From: Nemertoderma westbladi
Taxonomy: Eukaryota; Animalia; Xenacoelomorpha
DNA: 44,976 bases
Assembly (NCBI GenBank): GCA_032718475.1
Contig: JAUCBJ010000345.1
Location: forward strand, 1-44,976
Direction of reading: 5' to 3'
Position numbers and translations under genes: made by a program. The notes beneath the pieces were generated by a model. The model was not told the origin of the DNA and searched no databases. It was given only the letters and a program-made list of their open reading frames with translations. Below, piece after piece: positions 11,301 to 24,142 of this stretch; position 1 is the stretch's first letter, and each line of letters opens with the position of its first letter.

Positions 11301-13146
11301 TAAGGTCAAATTATATAGTATTGGGTTATTTTCTTTGCAGATACTTTATTTTCATATTAATATGTTGTTTGAACCTTACTGAGCGCATTAGGGGATATGC
11401 GTACAAATAACCGGCCCTTATGAGGCTTCGATTGGGTAAATTAATAAAACATAGGTTGTATAGTATAATATTCTAAAAACCAGTGTGATATTAAATGCAC
11501 TTTAAATAATAAATAGAAATCAAATAACAATTGGACCACACAATTAAAAACTCGCACAATTTTGTACTTATTATATCGCTTCAAATTAATTCAACAGTGG
11601 ATATTTGTGGGAAGGGGGAAGTTACAGTGTGCATTCGGGGGAAGTTTGGTGAACTGCATTTATGCAGTGAATCCAAACTTCCCCCTTTGAGATATCATAT
11701 ACCTAAGACATGCTAGGGTGACGGGGAAATATTTGTTACTGTCACACTTTGCTTCCATTTATCCTATCCTTTATTATTACCCCAGTCAGATAAGAGATAA
11801 TAAATCAGTAAAAACTAAACTAAACTGTCTTTCATGCAAACAAATTTCTAACTAAAGACGGGTGAATGACTATGACCATGGAAATAATTTTAAATATAAT
11901 TGTATATCAACTATTTGGGGAGGCTTCCAAGTTAAACCCGAAAACAATTATTTTGTTACATATATAGTAAATAACGTTGTATGTTCTTCTTCCTCTCATA
12001 ATAAAATATAAATGAAATATCTCAGATAGCTATGCCCTGTAACATTTCACAACCAAAATATTTAAGTGTGAAAAGTGTAGGCCTACCACACTCCGCCCAA
12101 ACAACCGCAAACGCATAGCCAACAAATTTAACAAAAGGTTACATACATGTTGGGTTCATGACGAGATGAGTGAAAATTGATCGCGTAATATAAAGTAAAA
12201 AATTAAGAGACGGGCCTGGCTCTCCTCCACTTTTTACCCAATGGATATGTTGTTGTAATAATCTAATATTGGGGCGGCTTTCTCTCGGTTCCAATTTTAA
12301 TGACCATATATATTAATGCAAATAATTTAGATGCATTAATTTATATTGTTCTATTTATCATTCTAGTACACACATCAAGTGTATAGTGACGGAACAGTGT
12401 ATACAGCTCCATATTTATTATGATAATTTTATTGAATACCTATGTTCATTTTAATCATAATTTTAACATCACACATGATGCATATAGATCAGTAAATAGT
12501 GTACCACAGAGTCGTCATACATACCGTATATACTTTCATACATACTGACTCTAACAAATACTGTAAAACCAGGTACAATCATTGACTAAATACGAACCAC
12601 AAACATTCATATTATACTAATCTAAATTACCATATGTACAATTTTTATTTTATGATAATATCCGAACTATTCAATATTTATTCACAATTTTATCTCATAT
12701 ACAAATCAAAATCAGCAAATACTATTTCACACAAAAATGCCAATCAATACAAAACTACACATTTGGCTCCAACAAATACTGATAATTGCATCTGCCTGTA
12801 ACAAATAATGTATTATTACGCATCAACCTGCAAATAATCTGAAACATATTATACCAATTTAGTAATTATATACAATGAAATTATTTGATTTATGATTTAT
12901 TTTATCCAAATACTATTTACAATTTCTCACATTACTTTTTTACAATTTTTTTTTGTACTAGTCAATTTCTAGTTTTTTTTTACAAAATTTTACCACATAA
13001 TAAATAATAATATACAAAAACTCCGCTCCCTTAAATTAGAACGAGTTACTTTAGTCTCTTTGAACAGTTATAATTTAACCAAGCTTACAAATATTATTAT
13101 TTTTTGGCTAGAACATCCAATCCAAAAACTGTTCATCGTTTATTAT

Positions 13147-15060
13147 TTATTGTTTATATACGATTGTCTCGGGTTTAAAGGATTGTTGGTCATAATTTCC
13201 CGATTCCTCTCGTGCTCTTTCTAACAAACACAACCGGTGTACTGGTCTGTTCAAAAATTGACCGGTACCTGTTTTTATGTCAACATCTCTTACCAAGTTA
13301 TCGGCACTCAAGTATGTCTTAACTATGCGAGCAGTTTTCCAATATTTTCTTGGTAAATTATTCTCAGCTAATAAAAAAATATCGCCTGGTTTTACATTCT
13401 CTTGCTTAGAAAACCATTTAGTCCGCAGTTGTACTGAGGGCAAATAATATCGTTCAAATGATACTGAGAATCGTTTCGTCAACAATTGTATGAGCTTCCA
13501 TGTCTCTCACAAATGCTCGTCGCCGTCCTCGGGTTCTGACATTGGATGCATTATCACCGGCTTTTTCATTAGAAAATGATTCGGCGTCAGAGCTTCCAAT
13601 GAGTCAGGGTCCGACGAGACTGGATATAATGGTATCCCATTGAGATATGAGGCAATCTCTTCGAGCAAAGTGCGTAGGAACTCATCTGTTAAATAAGCTT
13701 TGCACGGCAAAATGTGTGACATCGCTATTTTCACACTTTTGATTGCTCTCTCCCAACTGCCACCATACCACGGCGCGTGACTTGGCATGAGTTTCCAAGT
13801 AGCTCCATAGATACTTAATTCTTGTTCAAAATTATCTTGATTCCAAGAATTAATGGCATTCTGTATTTCTTTTGACGCGGCCACAAAATTTGTGCCTTGG
13901 TCAGAATACACAATGCTGCTGGTTCCATAACGAGCAGTCTGTCGTCTTAAACATAACAGAACACTGTTCATGCTAAGATCGTTTACAAAGTCTAAATACA
14001 TACATCGATACGTCATACATATTCCCAAGACTCCCCAACGTTTAACATATGTTCTGAACCTTTTGATTTCTATAGGTCCAAATAAGTCTAAACCTATATT
14101 TTTGAACGGTGGTTCATATGAACTGAATCTGGTTATTGGCAGATTCGATTCACGTTGAGTCATTGGGCGACTAAACAATTTCTTGCATGGAATGCACGTT
14201 GTAAGAACTGCATTCAATGCCTTACGTGGATGTACGAAATAATATCTAGTCCTTATTTCGTCCATCACGTAGTCTCGGCCAGCGTGAAACAACTGTTTAT
14301 GTACATCTGATATGATTTTAATTTGTATATTTGGATTAGTAATCAGAATAGGAAACCTATTATCAAAGGATAACGGTGCGTACGTCAGCCTATTTCCTAC
14401 TCTAATCAATTCATTCACCATTATACTAGAATATTTGTCGTTGAGTTGATTATTGACATTATCATTGTATTTGTTATTGACATTATATTGTTTCTTTTCC
14501 AACTCATTATATCTAGTTTGGTTATACATCTTCTGGGATAATCGTATCAGTTTGACATTAGTCTGATCAACTTCTGTTGCAGTTATTTTGCCACGCGGTT
14601 GCTGTTTGTTATATCTATAGTGGAAATATGATCTGATAAATGTTACAGCTCTGCATAATCTTTTCCATGAACTATAGTGTGTCATAATTCTTTCTAACGC
14701 ATCTGATATCCCATTAGTTATATCCGGCGTTTCATTCCCATTATATGATCTTATTTCCCTGATAATATTAGCTTTAATTGTTAACTGGCTAATCTCTGTT
14801 GTTTTATCCTTACTATTAATCAAGAGTTTCGACTTTGTTGACTTGCGTTTTGGAACTATTATCTCCGCTCCCTGTAACTTATGAAAGTCGGCCCTTACCT
14901 GTTTAGGCCATGATTCTTCACCTCCCTTTAAAAATTCCGGTCCTTCAAACCATGATTTAGTTCGGATTAACTGTTTAGGAGTGGCTCCTCTGGATGCGAT
15001 ATCCGCTGGATTTATATTACCAGGACAATACCTCCATTGTTCCAATTTACTTATGTTCAA
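13147..15060 (-). pseudogene. BEL/Pao pol: RNase H C-terminus/linker, integrase and C-terminal domain (broken near 13500)
   Basis: WRYCPGNINPADIASRG; HHCC (HKQLFH...CIPC); DDE motifs GLDLFGP, SDQGTNF, GGSWERAIKSVK; LTPNHFL; terminal RPVHRLCLLE. Confidence 0.93.
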
Positions 15061-15063
15061 TAT

Positions 15064-15723
15064 CTAATTTCGTCGGTTCTTGATATAAACACAAAATTGA
15101 CAGGTTTGATTCTTTAAGTATTCCAATAAAAACATAGCATCTATCCAAAATACAATCTTACTTAATAAAAAGTCAAGTTTATCCACTACTGCCTCACTCA
15201 TCGTAGCTGCATAGAGCGCTGCTTGCATTTCTGCTCTAGGAATAGTTATGTCTGAGCCCATAGTCTTAGCTTTGGCAAATATTAGTGATACTTCAACTCC
15301 TTCCTCTGACTGTTTTCTGAGATATATAGCCATGCCGAATCCTACCGTACTAGCATCGCTGAATCCATGTAATTGATAATTATCTGAGTCGCTGGTTTTT
15401 ACGAAATATGTACGTGGTATATGTAAGTCCTCTATATCATTTAATTTCGATTCCCATTTTAACCAATCTTCCAATATGTCACCTTCTATATTATCGCCCC
15501 AACGAATGTCTAATTTCCACATTCTGTGTACTATATTTCTGGCGATTAATATGATTGGTGATATTAGTCCTAATGGATCGAAATATGTTGACAATATACT
15601 GAGACATATCCGCTTTGTTCTCATACCAGGTTCTCTTGTCTTTACTTTGTAATATAATGTATCAGTTTCTGGATTCCAACACATGCCTAGTGTTTTGGTT
15701 GTTGGTAAGATTTCTTTCTGCAA
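15064..15723 (-). pseudogene. BEL/Pao pol: RT thumb and RNase H (Pao peptidase A17-annotated region)
   Basis: TLGMCWNP, TKR..LS...FDPLGLISP, LHGFSDAS, IPRAEMQAA, FWID. Confidence 0.93.
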
Positions 15724-16603
15724 ATCGATATCTGATTTTGCTCTATCCTCTTTAGCTATTGCATTTAAAAATGGTTTCGAATTACTAGTAAATTTAGTAA
15801 GTTTAAATCCACCTTTTTAAAGACAATTTACAGTACCAGTAGCTAAATTTATCGCGTCATTTATGTTGTTACATGATGTGATGTTGTCGTCCATATATTT
15901 GTTTTTCTTTATGTTATTTATTACCTCTGGTGAATGTTCTGTTTGATGATCGTCTGCTGTGGTTTGTAATTCAGCTGGCATTCGAAGGGCTGGATATTAT
16001 ACCAAAGGCTTGGCAAGCCATCCAATATTCCTTACACAGCTTTTTAAAATCACCTTCTGGCCACCACAATAATCTTAGACTATCGCGATCAACATGTCTT
16101 GCTTTTACTTGTAAAAACATTCCTTCAATGTCTGCAGCAAAGGCAATCTCATGCTGTCGGAATCTCATCAACATTCCCGGTAAACTTCTGAGTAAGTTGG
16201 GACCAGCCATGATCTCTGTATTTAATGAGTGTCCCATGTAAGTTGCAGCACAGTCATTCACTACTCGAACCTTGCCTGGTTTCCCTTCTTTTTCAACGTA
16301 ATGATGCGGAAGGTAATATGTTCTGGCAGTTATTGGCGTATTCAGGGGCACTGCCTCCATATATCCCTGCGCAATGAAATTATTCATTTGCTCCACATAC
16401 ATTGCTTTAATTTTGTCATTCGCTTCTAATCTGCGTTTCAATTGACCGGCTCGCTTTTCAGCCAATATGCGATTATATATGAGTCTTGGCTCACTTGCTC
16501 TCAAAAGCAAACCAATTTCATATCGGCCTTCGTCAACCAAAAATTTCTTAGTGGTCTCCTGTATTTGAATTGCTCTTTCCTTGCTCTTTCCACAGAAAAA
16601 CAC
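15724..16603 (-). pseudogene. BEL/Pao reverse transcriptase core, frameshifted
   Basis: YYLPHHYV, KVRVVNDCAA, SLN...GPNL, ADIEGMFLQV, FGIISSP; YMDD at about 15885-15896. Confidence 0.92.
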
Positions 16604-18043
16604 TTTTTGTGGGATGACAATTCACAGGCATCTTGATATAACCACGCCATTACGTGCTCAGTCAATTTCAAATCGTTTATGTCTCTTTCAAATTGACTAT
16701 ATGTACCAATTGTACTGTTATTGTTTTCTAACATGGAATTCATGGTAAGTTGATGAGTTAACAAAGTTGTCTCATCCATTAACTCTACGGAATTTTCCTG
16801 TAGATACTTACACACTGAATGAACTTCCACATCAGAATCCTCGTCATCACAATCTGAACCTGAGAAAATGGAAGTATTATTCGCACTTCTGATTTCGGTG
16901 TTAACGTACAACGATTTCTGATACGTTGCATGTTCGCGCAATCGTTTCTTAGACGGTCCAGTGCAATACCAACCCAATGGTGTTCTCACTGCATAATTGC
17001 TTAACAGCATTGGGTGTCTAGGTATTTTCTCCAGAGGTTCGAATGCTCCGAACATGTTTTGCCCAATTAGTACAGTTATGCCAGGATAATCTACTGAGTA
17101 CTGTGATATGTTGTTATCCAAGACAAATTGGTCTGCCTTCCAATTATACGGAACCGATTGACTCTTGGTGAAGTTAGGAATGGATATCAACTTTACATGA
17201 TCTATACCTTCACCAAGATGTTCTTCTATCGGTCTAACTGAGGCATAATAATAATTTGTCATGAATTGTGTTCTCCATTCATTCATTATGCCGCTTAGAC
17301 TTAAATTTAGTCGATAAGAATCATCATCGCTAAACAAGTACTTAGCTAATTGCTCGTCAATGAATGAAGTTGTACTACCACTATCTAGCAAGGCGTTAAC
17401 TCGTGCCATTCGCTCTCTGATCTGAATGATTATTTGAATTATAGGAAACTCCTTAATGTAATCATCCTTATCATCAGTAGTTTCCAGTGTTGTACTCTCA
17501 CATTCAGAGTATCCGGAATCTGGGTCCTCGTGCGTCAAAGCTTTATATATTGTATGACAACTCGTTTCTTCCTCCTCAGAGAATTCTTCCTCTCCGAAGC
17601 TCTCCTGAGTGTCACTACAATCAGTGTCTACGAAGTGTACTACTTCTTTCTTGGATTCGAGTATCTCATCACTTTTAATTACCGGCAAATTTATATGTAA
17701 TAAATTATGATGAGCACCCCCACATTTGCTACACTTCTGCTTACTATAGCACTGTTTACGGTAATGACCATATTTCAAGCAAATATAACATGCTTTAAGA
17801 CTCCTCATGAAGAGTCTCCTTTCAGCCAATGAATTTGCTTTAAATACTGGATATTCAAATATACTGTGTCCAACTTTCTTACATCTTAAACAACCATAAT
17901 CCTTAGTAGCTGATGACTTTACAAACCCTTTATTGGATTTATAGTTACTATTCGAACCAGATTGATTATAGGATTTTGGTTTGACATAAGAAGGTTTTTT
18001 ATCTTTTGTATTATAATTATTACCTTATTGTTTCTTGAAAACG
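16501..18043 (-). pseudogene. BEL/Pao gag C-terminus (three Zn knuckles) and aspartic protease
   Basis: CLRCKKVGHSIFEY, CYICLKYGHYRKQC, CSKCGGAHHNLLH; ALLDSGS; VLIG; AVRTPLGW. Confidence 0.92.
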
Positions 18044-18048
18044 TCTTT

Positions 18049-19238
18049 TGTAAAAGCTTTTGCTGAATTGTCCGGTTATTTTTCCTTATTTTTCCCGTAA
18101 AATACTCTGTAGTTGGTTTACCAGGCATAAAAAGGCCGTGTCCTTGCTGTACTGGTGTTTTAGCGGACATAAAAGCTATTTATTCTGTATTTGTACTTTA
18201 GAGGACATAATCCGTAATTCCGTGACGTAAAAGCTCGATACTCTTGAAAACAGTGTCGCTACCATGACGACGGCTAGCAGCTGATATTGCCACGTCGACG
18301 TTTCTTTGTTTCTTTGTTCTCTCGTTGTTCAGGTTGACCAATCAGAGCGTTTGTTGTCTCTGTGTTGGAGGTGTATACAGAAACTCAGTAGTTCAGTGTT
18401 ATGTTTTGCCCAGAGCCTAAGAACCGGCTTTTGGCACCTCCGTGTTTTCAGTTTTTAGTCCTACACTAGTAGGCTTAATTATAAGGACATATATCCGTTA
18501 TCTGATGTCTGCATACTGCAGTACTGCATACACTGCATACTGTGTAACACTGTGCATACTTTTATATTGTTATACTGCTATTTACTGTCCGTTCTTCATA
18601 ATATGGTTGATGAATTATTATATTTGGAATAACGACAAATAACCCCGAAAACCCAATATTCTTGATATACCGAAGGTAAGAGAGAAAGGTTACAGATAAA
18701 TGATTGCGACCTATGTTGAGTGGTTTGAAGTGAATCTAATGTTATTTGATAGACCCTACATGATTCGGTCCGTGTTCCTTTTATATGTGACTAAAATCAG
18801 TGAAGATCGGCATATCAGTGTGCAGTATTGTGCAGCATTGTGTATGAGTGAGACTGATAACGAAGCATTTCCTAAAGAATGCGCCATATATGTGAATTGT
18901 AACTAAGCCATATCGTTGTGAGTAGTTTAAGTCATAACTCTGTTTATATAGATAGAGCGCCACGTCCTAAAGGAACTGTTAATATTTCCCGAAGGTGAAT
19001 AATATTGTCAGAGATTATATAATACTGTCAGTCGAATAATACATTAGGCTTACATAGCAATACGATTAAGCCGTCGAACCCAATCTCCCGGGTATATCCA
19101 GCGGGTGAATGATCGCGCACAGATTGGTTTCGACTAGTGTAGTGAATTAAATACTTGTCATAGACTAAAGGTGATTTATTATCTAGAAGACATCCTAATT
19201 TGGCGGGTTAAACTGCCAAAGGTCTGAAAGCGCGAACA
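18049..19238 (+). repeat. 5' LTR (1190 bp)
   Basis: TGTAAAAGC...GCGCGAACA; only 4 substitutions seen by eye versus 28767-29956. Confidence 0.97.
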
Positions 19239-19250
19239 ATAACGGATATA
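19239..19250 (+). promoter_or_regulatory. Non-tRNA primer-binding-site candidate, self-complementary to LTR 18490-18501
   Basis: ATAACGGATATA directly follows the LTR and is the exact reverse complement of TATATCCGTTAT in the LTR. No TGG-starting tRNA PBS nearby. Confidence 0.6.
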
Positions 19251-19573
19251 GCTTCTTTATTGCAGTAAGCAATAAAGTTGAAAGTACCGGTCAACCGGTA
19301 AACCTGAAAGGTACATCTGTAGGTCAGTAGGCCCAACTGCCAGAACCGGTACTTCTGTAGGTCCGTAGGCCTAACTGTCCTAACCGGTACTTCCCGTATA
19401 AGTACATTAGTATTATTCGATTTTGATAGTTATATACCGGTAGGCCTTAATAATTAATCAGGGACTGCAGCCCTGGTTTTTTATTGAGATTTTTACTTAT
19501 TTCTGTCAAGTTTTATTTGTTTGTAGGCCAGTATTGAACAGAAGGCGTGTAAGCCTGATCAGATTGTACAGAC

Positions 19574-20149
19574 AATTTGTAGGCTGAGCTGTTGTCTGAT
19601 TGCTGTTAAGTCTGAACGGATTGCAGTGTGTGTAGATCACCTGTCCGATTAAGTACGGTTAGGAAGTAGGGGCAGTGAATGCTGTAAGGTAAACCCCCAA
19701 CTAAAGAATAAGTCGTACTACTGGGTTAGAACGCATACTCCCTAATCATTTCGGAGTCTGCATGTCCTGTAGTTTATTTAGGCTTGAGAGTAGTCTGCCA
19801 TCGTTTAGTCTGTACTTTGTTTGTGTAAGTCTGTACGGGTAGCGTATAATTTTATTTAGATAATTTGTAGGCTGGATAGTTGTCTGGCTGTTATTAGGTC
19901 TGAACGGATTGCAGCGTGTGTAGATCACTTGTCCGATAAAGAACGGTTAGGAAGTAGGGGCAGCGAATGCTGTAAGGTAAACCCCCAACTAAAGAATAAG
20001 TCGTACTACTGGGTTAGAACGCATACTACCTAATTATTTCGGAGTCTGCATATACCGTAGTTTGTTTAGGCTTGATAGTAGTCTGTCAGTGTTCGGTCTG
20101 CATTTTGTTTGAGTAGTTTGTACGCGTAGCGTAATATTTATTATTCAGA
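19574..20149 (+). repeat. Tandem duplication, 2 x ~288 bp, in the 5' leader
   Basis: AATTTGTAGGCTG...TCTGAACGGATTGCAG...GGTAAACCCCCAACTAAAGAATAAGTCG occurs starting at 19574 and at 19862. Confidence 0.9.
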
Positions 20150-21079
20150 GTTTATGCGATTATCCGCAACATTCATTCCCCAAGTTTGTTCCTACAGTAA
20201 TTGTGTTTGTTATACATACCGCTATAGTTAAATTAACCCCGGTACTACACGGGCTGCTTGGCGTAGGTAAAGACTGGTGATTTTGTGCATCGGTCACTCC
20301 AGCAGATGCCGTGGTTCTTTTAGCTGTTCAAGTATATTTAACTACTGATTATATGTTGTACAAGTACTCGTACCTAATTTAGGGTTTAGTGTACAGTGCT
20401 TTCCGAAAGTAATTAGTGTAGGCATTATATTTGTGTTGTAAAGTGGTTAATAGGCACGTTCGATTAGCTCTATTAACTTCTAGGTAGGAACACTCCGTGA
20501 TACATAACGTAGAACCTATAGCGATACGGCTATAGGTCGTCAGGCGGTGGTATTTTTCTATCTGGACAACGCAGTGTATTTACTACTACTTATTATTTCA
20601 AATACCGTAGTACCCTGTCCGTTGTAATAACCAGAATTCTAACCCTTTGTTAGGCTGGTTTGTAGACTTCTTGTAAAATTACCCTAAAAATTCGTATTTT
20701 GTGTTTTTGTAAATTTTTGTGTTTATTTAGAGATTGTAATCTCAACCCGAATTGTACGGAATTTGTAGTATTAAGTAACTTAGGTAAATTAGAATTATTT
20801 GTTTTAGTGTCCTATAAGTAACACTTCACTGAAAGCGCACCGCTTTGTGTAGTGATTACTCCCCAGAAATAATAACATTTATTTCAAACATTGACTAAAC
20901 CCATTAAACGGGTATATATATATTATAAATCAAATCTAACGATTTATAAATAGTAGGCCTGCCATACAACCATTAGGTCTCAATATCAGTTGGATTACTG
21001 CTCAAATAACGGTAATAAAGTAAGTAAGGTAACCAAGTAACCCTTAAAATTCAGAAATTCAGTTATTTAAAATAATTGA

Positions 21080-21450
21080 TATACCGGTATTTATAATAGG
21101 CTTATTACATTTATTTTTATAAATTTTAGGTTGAAATCATACCGGTATTCTGTAATTAATTCTAGTTTGTAATTATACTTATATATATATACTATAAGTG
21201 TAAACTGTATACCGGTATTTACGATAGGCCTATTATCTTTATTTCTATAAATTTAGGCTGAAATTATACCGGTACTTGTAATTAATTCTAGTCCAGAATT
21301 ATATATACTACAAATTGTAAGCTGTATACCGGTATTCCCGATAGGCCTATTATATATTTATATATATTTGTGCTAAAATTATACCGGTATTCTGAGATAA
21401 ACCTAGTCTGTAATAATACTTATATATACTATAAGCATACCGGTATTTTA
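21080..21450 (+). repeat. Diverged tandem repeat with 7 copies of ATACCGGTA spaced ~55-70 bp
   Basis: Motif at about 21081, 21139, 21209, 21266, 21326, 21381 and 21437; alternate spacers resemble each other (~120-bp dimeric unit). Confidence 0.8.
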
Positions 21451-21583
21451 ATATATTATATATATATCACGCTACACTGAGTAGCAGTATCGGTAATTAA
21501 TTACTAGGCTAGCAGTTAATACTGAATTACTAGACTTGCTTAGACTGTAATATAGCAGTAGGCATTCAACTGTACACATAAGC

Positions 21584-24142
21584 ATGTCTGACGCAAAGCA
21601 GAACCTGTCAGACAGTCTACTAGATACAACCGAGAGCGAAGTGACAGCAGAGAAACCGCATAAGAAGGATGCCATTGACATCTATCTGTCAGACTATCAG
21701 CGTTTTTTAGGAGATGACGAGTTGAGGAGAAGGCTGGAGGGACTTAGCCCTAACAGCGAAGGAGCCAAACTTGTGTTAGATGCAATTGATGTGGATAGGT
21801 TAGCGGCGAACCAAGCTAAATTCGATGAACAACTCCGCATCGCCAAGGTTCAAGAAGAACAAGTAAAGAAAAAACGTATAGAAGATAGAAAGACAGCAGC
21901 AGCGGCAGTGGCAGCGGCAGAAGCGGAAAGGAAAGCGGCAGCGGCAGAAGCGGAAAGGAAAGCGGCAGCGGCAGAAGCGGAAAGAAAGATAGCAGTGGCA
22001 GAAGCAGAACTGAGGGCATCTGAACAGACAACCCAACTAGAGTTGGAAAATCTTCAAGAGAGGCAAGATAACTTTAATAAACAGTTAACAGCTAGTAATA
22101 TGCAGATGATGAATCGATCTACTCCCAAACGACAAGGTTATACATCATCTGAGGGAGGCGATACCACCGACACTGAAGGCGGAGGAAATCGATCCCGCCT
22201 AAGCAGACGTAAAAGAACATTCCACCGTCAGAAATTGCCTGATTTGCCTCCAGCTGTTAGAAGGCAACTAAATAACACCAACTTAGAGAGTACAGAACCC
22301 ACAGACCAAATAATTACAATAGAAAGACTCCCTACTATAGTAGATGAGCCTGAAATAAGTAGGCCTGTTCTTGAAATCACCCCTTCGGTAATAGATACAC
22401 CTGTGCTCCCTGAAGCTACCTATAAATTCCCTCTGCATAGCACTAAGCTACCTGTGCCCCGTAGAACTGCCCAGGAGACAGTTCAGGTCCTGGACCCCGA
22501 GCGAAATATTCCAAATTTGTCGCCCGTTGTCCCTCGTCTGCCCGCTACGACGTTGGCGGATCCCGTTTCGGCGGTTGATTGGGTAGACGAGAGACGGCGG
22601 GGAATGGATATTCTCCTCAGAGAGATGAATGAGAATCGGATACGCTCCTCCCAACAGGTCCGAGAGTTGGAAGGGACTGTCCAACATTTAAAGGGAACAG
22701 TGAGGGAAAGTAAGTTAGAGTTGCAAGAAGTGCAGCAAAATATCGCGCTAGAGCGCGATAAATTAGTAAATTTACAAAAGGGTATACCACCACCCCCTGT
22801 AACAATGTGTCAACCCTTTAGGTCTGAAGTATCTCATGCGCAAGGTGTGGAGCCTACACGCATTTATACTGCTAGCGAAGTAGAAACTCCTATAGTGAAC
22901 CCTATTAAGGGTAATTATAGACCTGTTGATAATGATATTCCCTATAGAACTGATCATAATCCGAGAAATTTATATACCGATAATTCGATATTAAATAACA
23001 CGATGGCCCAAGAAAGTTTTACGCGTCAAATGGCTAGAACCGAAGCCCAGCAAGCGGTGAAGGTGGGAGAGATAGTCAAATTCAATGGAGATGAGATGAA
23101 ATGGTTACCTTTTAATGAATATTACAAAGATAACATACAGAACTCTGTACTATCTAACGGAGAGAAACTTCGATTCCTCATCGAATGTTTGGAAGGACCT
23201 CCCAAGTCAATGGCGTTAAAATTTATTGGACATCCAGATGGATTAAGACAAGTTTGGGATACACTAAACATCAGGTATGGTAATAGGACTAACATAGCTA
23301 GGTATTTATATGCGAAATTAATGGCGCCCCGAAAGTTTCTTAGCAGCGGGATTATAGAGTTTTCCGATGAGATTCAGGAGATCTGTAGACAACTAGATTG
23401 GTTAGGTAAGTCTCATGAATACCAGAATTCTATGGTTGTAGGAGCCTTAGCATCTACTTTGCCCAAGGGTGGAGTAGGTACATGCTGGGACAAGAAGGTG
23501 TTATATATGATGGAACAACAACAACGAGACCCTACCATGGCTGATCTCATGTCATTCTTAGATGGAGAAGTGAAATTACAGCTCCTAAGACAGTCCAGAG
23601 AGAAGACACTGGAAAACAAGGTAAGTGAGAAACCCGTTTCTAGGAGAAGGGTAACACCAGTATGTTATACCGACGACGGTGAAAGCCAAACTTCTCAAGG
23701 AGAGGACAGCGGGAAAGACACTGACAGATCTTATTATGTCAATAAATTGCCTAAAGATCAGGTAAGTAAATCCGAGTCTCGACCCAATGACAGAAGGGAA
23801 CCGGTACAAAAAACCCTTCCTACGTCTCCTAAAAGAATTCAGGTGAGAAAGCCCGAGGAAAGAACAAGTGTGCACCACATAGCACAGGTTAAAGTAAGTA
23901 ACATCAAGCCGAAATGTGTGCTGTGCGACGGGCCCCACCGTTTAAATGCGTGTGATAAATTCCTGAGGAAGTCACTAAAGGATAGACGTGAAGCATGTGG
24001 GATAAGCGGTTGTGTTATAATTGCCTCAGACGAGGACACCAACGGCGAACCTGTTACTCCGACGCAAGGTGTGCAAAGTGCGGCGCAAAACATCATATCT
24101 TGTTGCACACGGAATTCGAACGAAACAGCCCGAGTCAGATAA
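21584..24142 (+). CDS. gag: BEL/Pao Gag (coiled-coil N-terminus, DUF1759-like capsid region, first Zn knuckle); homology shifts frame at ~23995
   Basis: 852-aa ORF; KFNGDEMKWLPF...LSNGEKLRFLIECLEGPPK...LNIRYGN; CVLCDGPHRLNAC. Aligns with the host gag (RQMARTEA versus RQMARTDA). Confidence 0.93.
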   Translation: MSDAKQNLSDSLLDTTESEVTAEKPHKKDAIDIYLSDYQRFLGDDELRRRLEGLSPNSEGAKLVLDAIDVDRLAANQAKFDEQLRIAKVQEEQVKKKRIEDRKTAAAAVAAAEAERKAAAAEAERKAAAAEAERKIAVAEAELRASEQTTQLELENLQERQDNFNKQLTASNMQMMNRSTPKRQGYTSSEGGDTTDTEGGGNRSRLSRRKRTFHRQKLPDLPPAVRRQLNNTNLESTEPTDQIITIERLPTIVDEPEISRPVLEITPSVIDTPVLPEATYKFPLHSTKLPVPRRTAQETVQVLDPERNIPNLSPVVPRLPATTLADPVSAVDWVDERRRGMDILLREMNENRIRSSQQVRELEGTVQHLKGTVRESKLELQEVQQNIALERDKLVNLQKGIPPPPVTMCQPFRSEVSHAQGVEPTRIYTASEVETPIVNPIKGNYRPVDNDIPYRTDHNPRNLYTDNSILNNTMAQESFTRQMARTEAQQAVKVGEIVKFNGDEMKWLPFNEYYKDNIQNSVLSNGEKLRFLIECLEGPPKSMALKFIGHPDGLRQVWDTLNIRYGNRTNIARYLYAKLMAPRKFLSSGIIEFSDEIQEICRQLDWLGKSHEYQNSMVVGALASTLPKGGVGTCWDKKVLYMMEQQQRDPTMADLMSFLDGEVKLQLLRQSREKTLENKVSEKPVSRRRVTPVCYTDDGESQTSQGEDSGKDTDRSYYVNKLPKDQVSKSESRPNDRREPVQKTLPTSPKRIQVRKPEERTSVHHIAQVKVSNIKPKCVLCDGPHRLNACDKFLRKSLKDRREACGISGCVIIASDEDTNGEPVTPTQGVQSAAQNIISCCTRNSNETARVR

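Noticed and set aside
18442-18963. Short ORFs repeated at 29160-29681
   Set aside because: They recur only because they lie in the LTRs; no recognisable protein features.
23980-24010. Programmed -1 ribosomal frameshift
   Set aside because: No X-XXY-YYZ heptamer in the short usable overlap, and BEL gag-pol is normally a single ORF.
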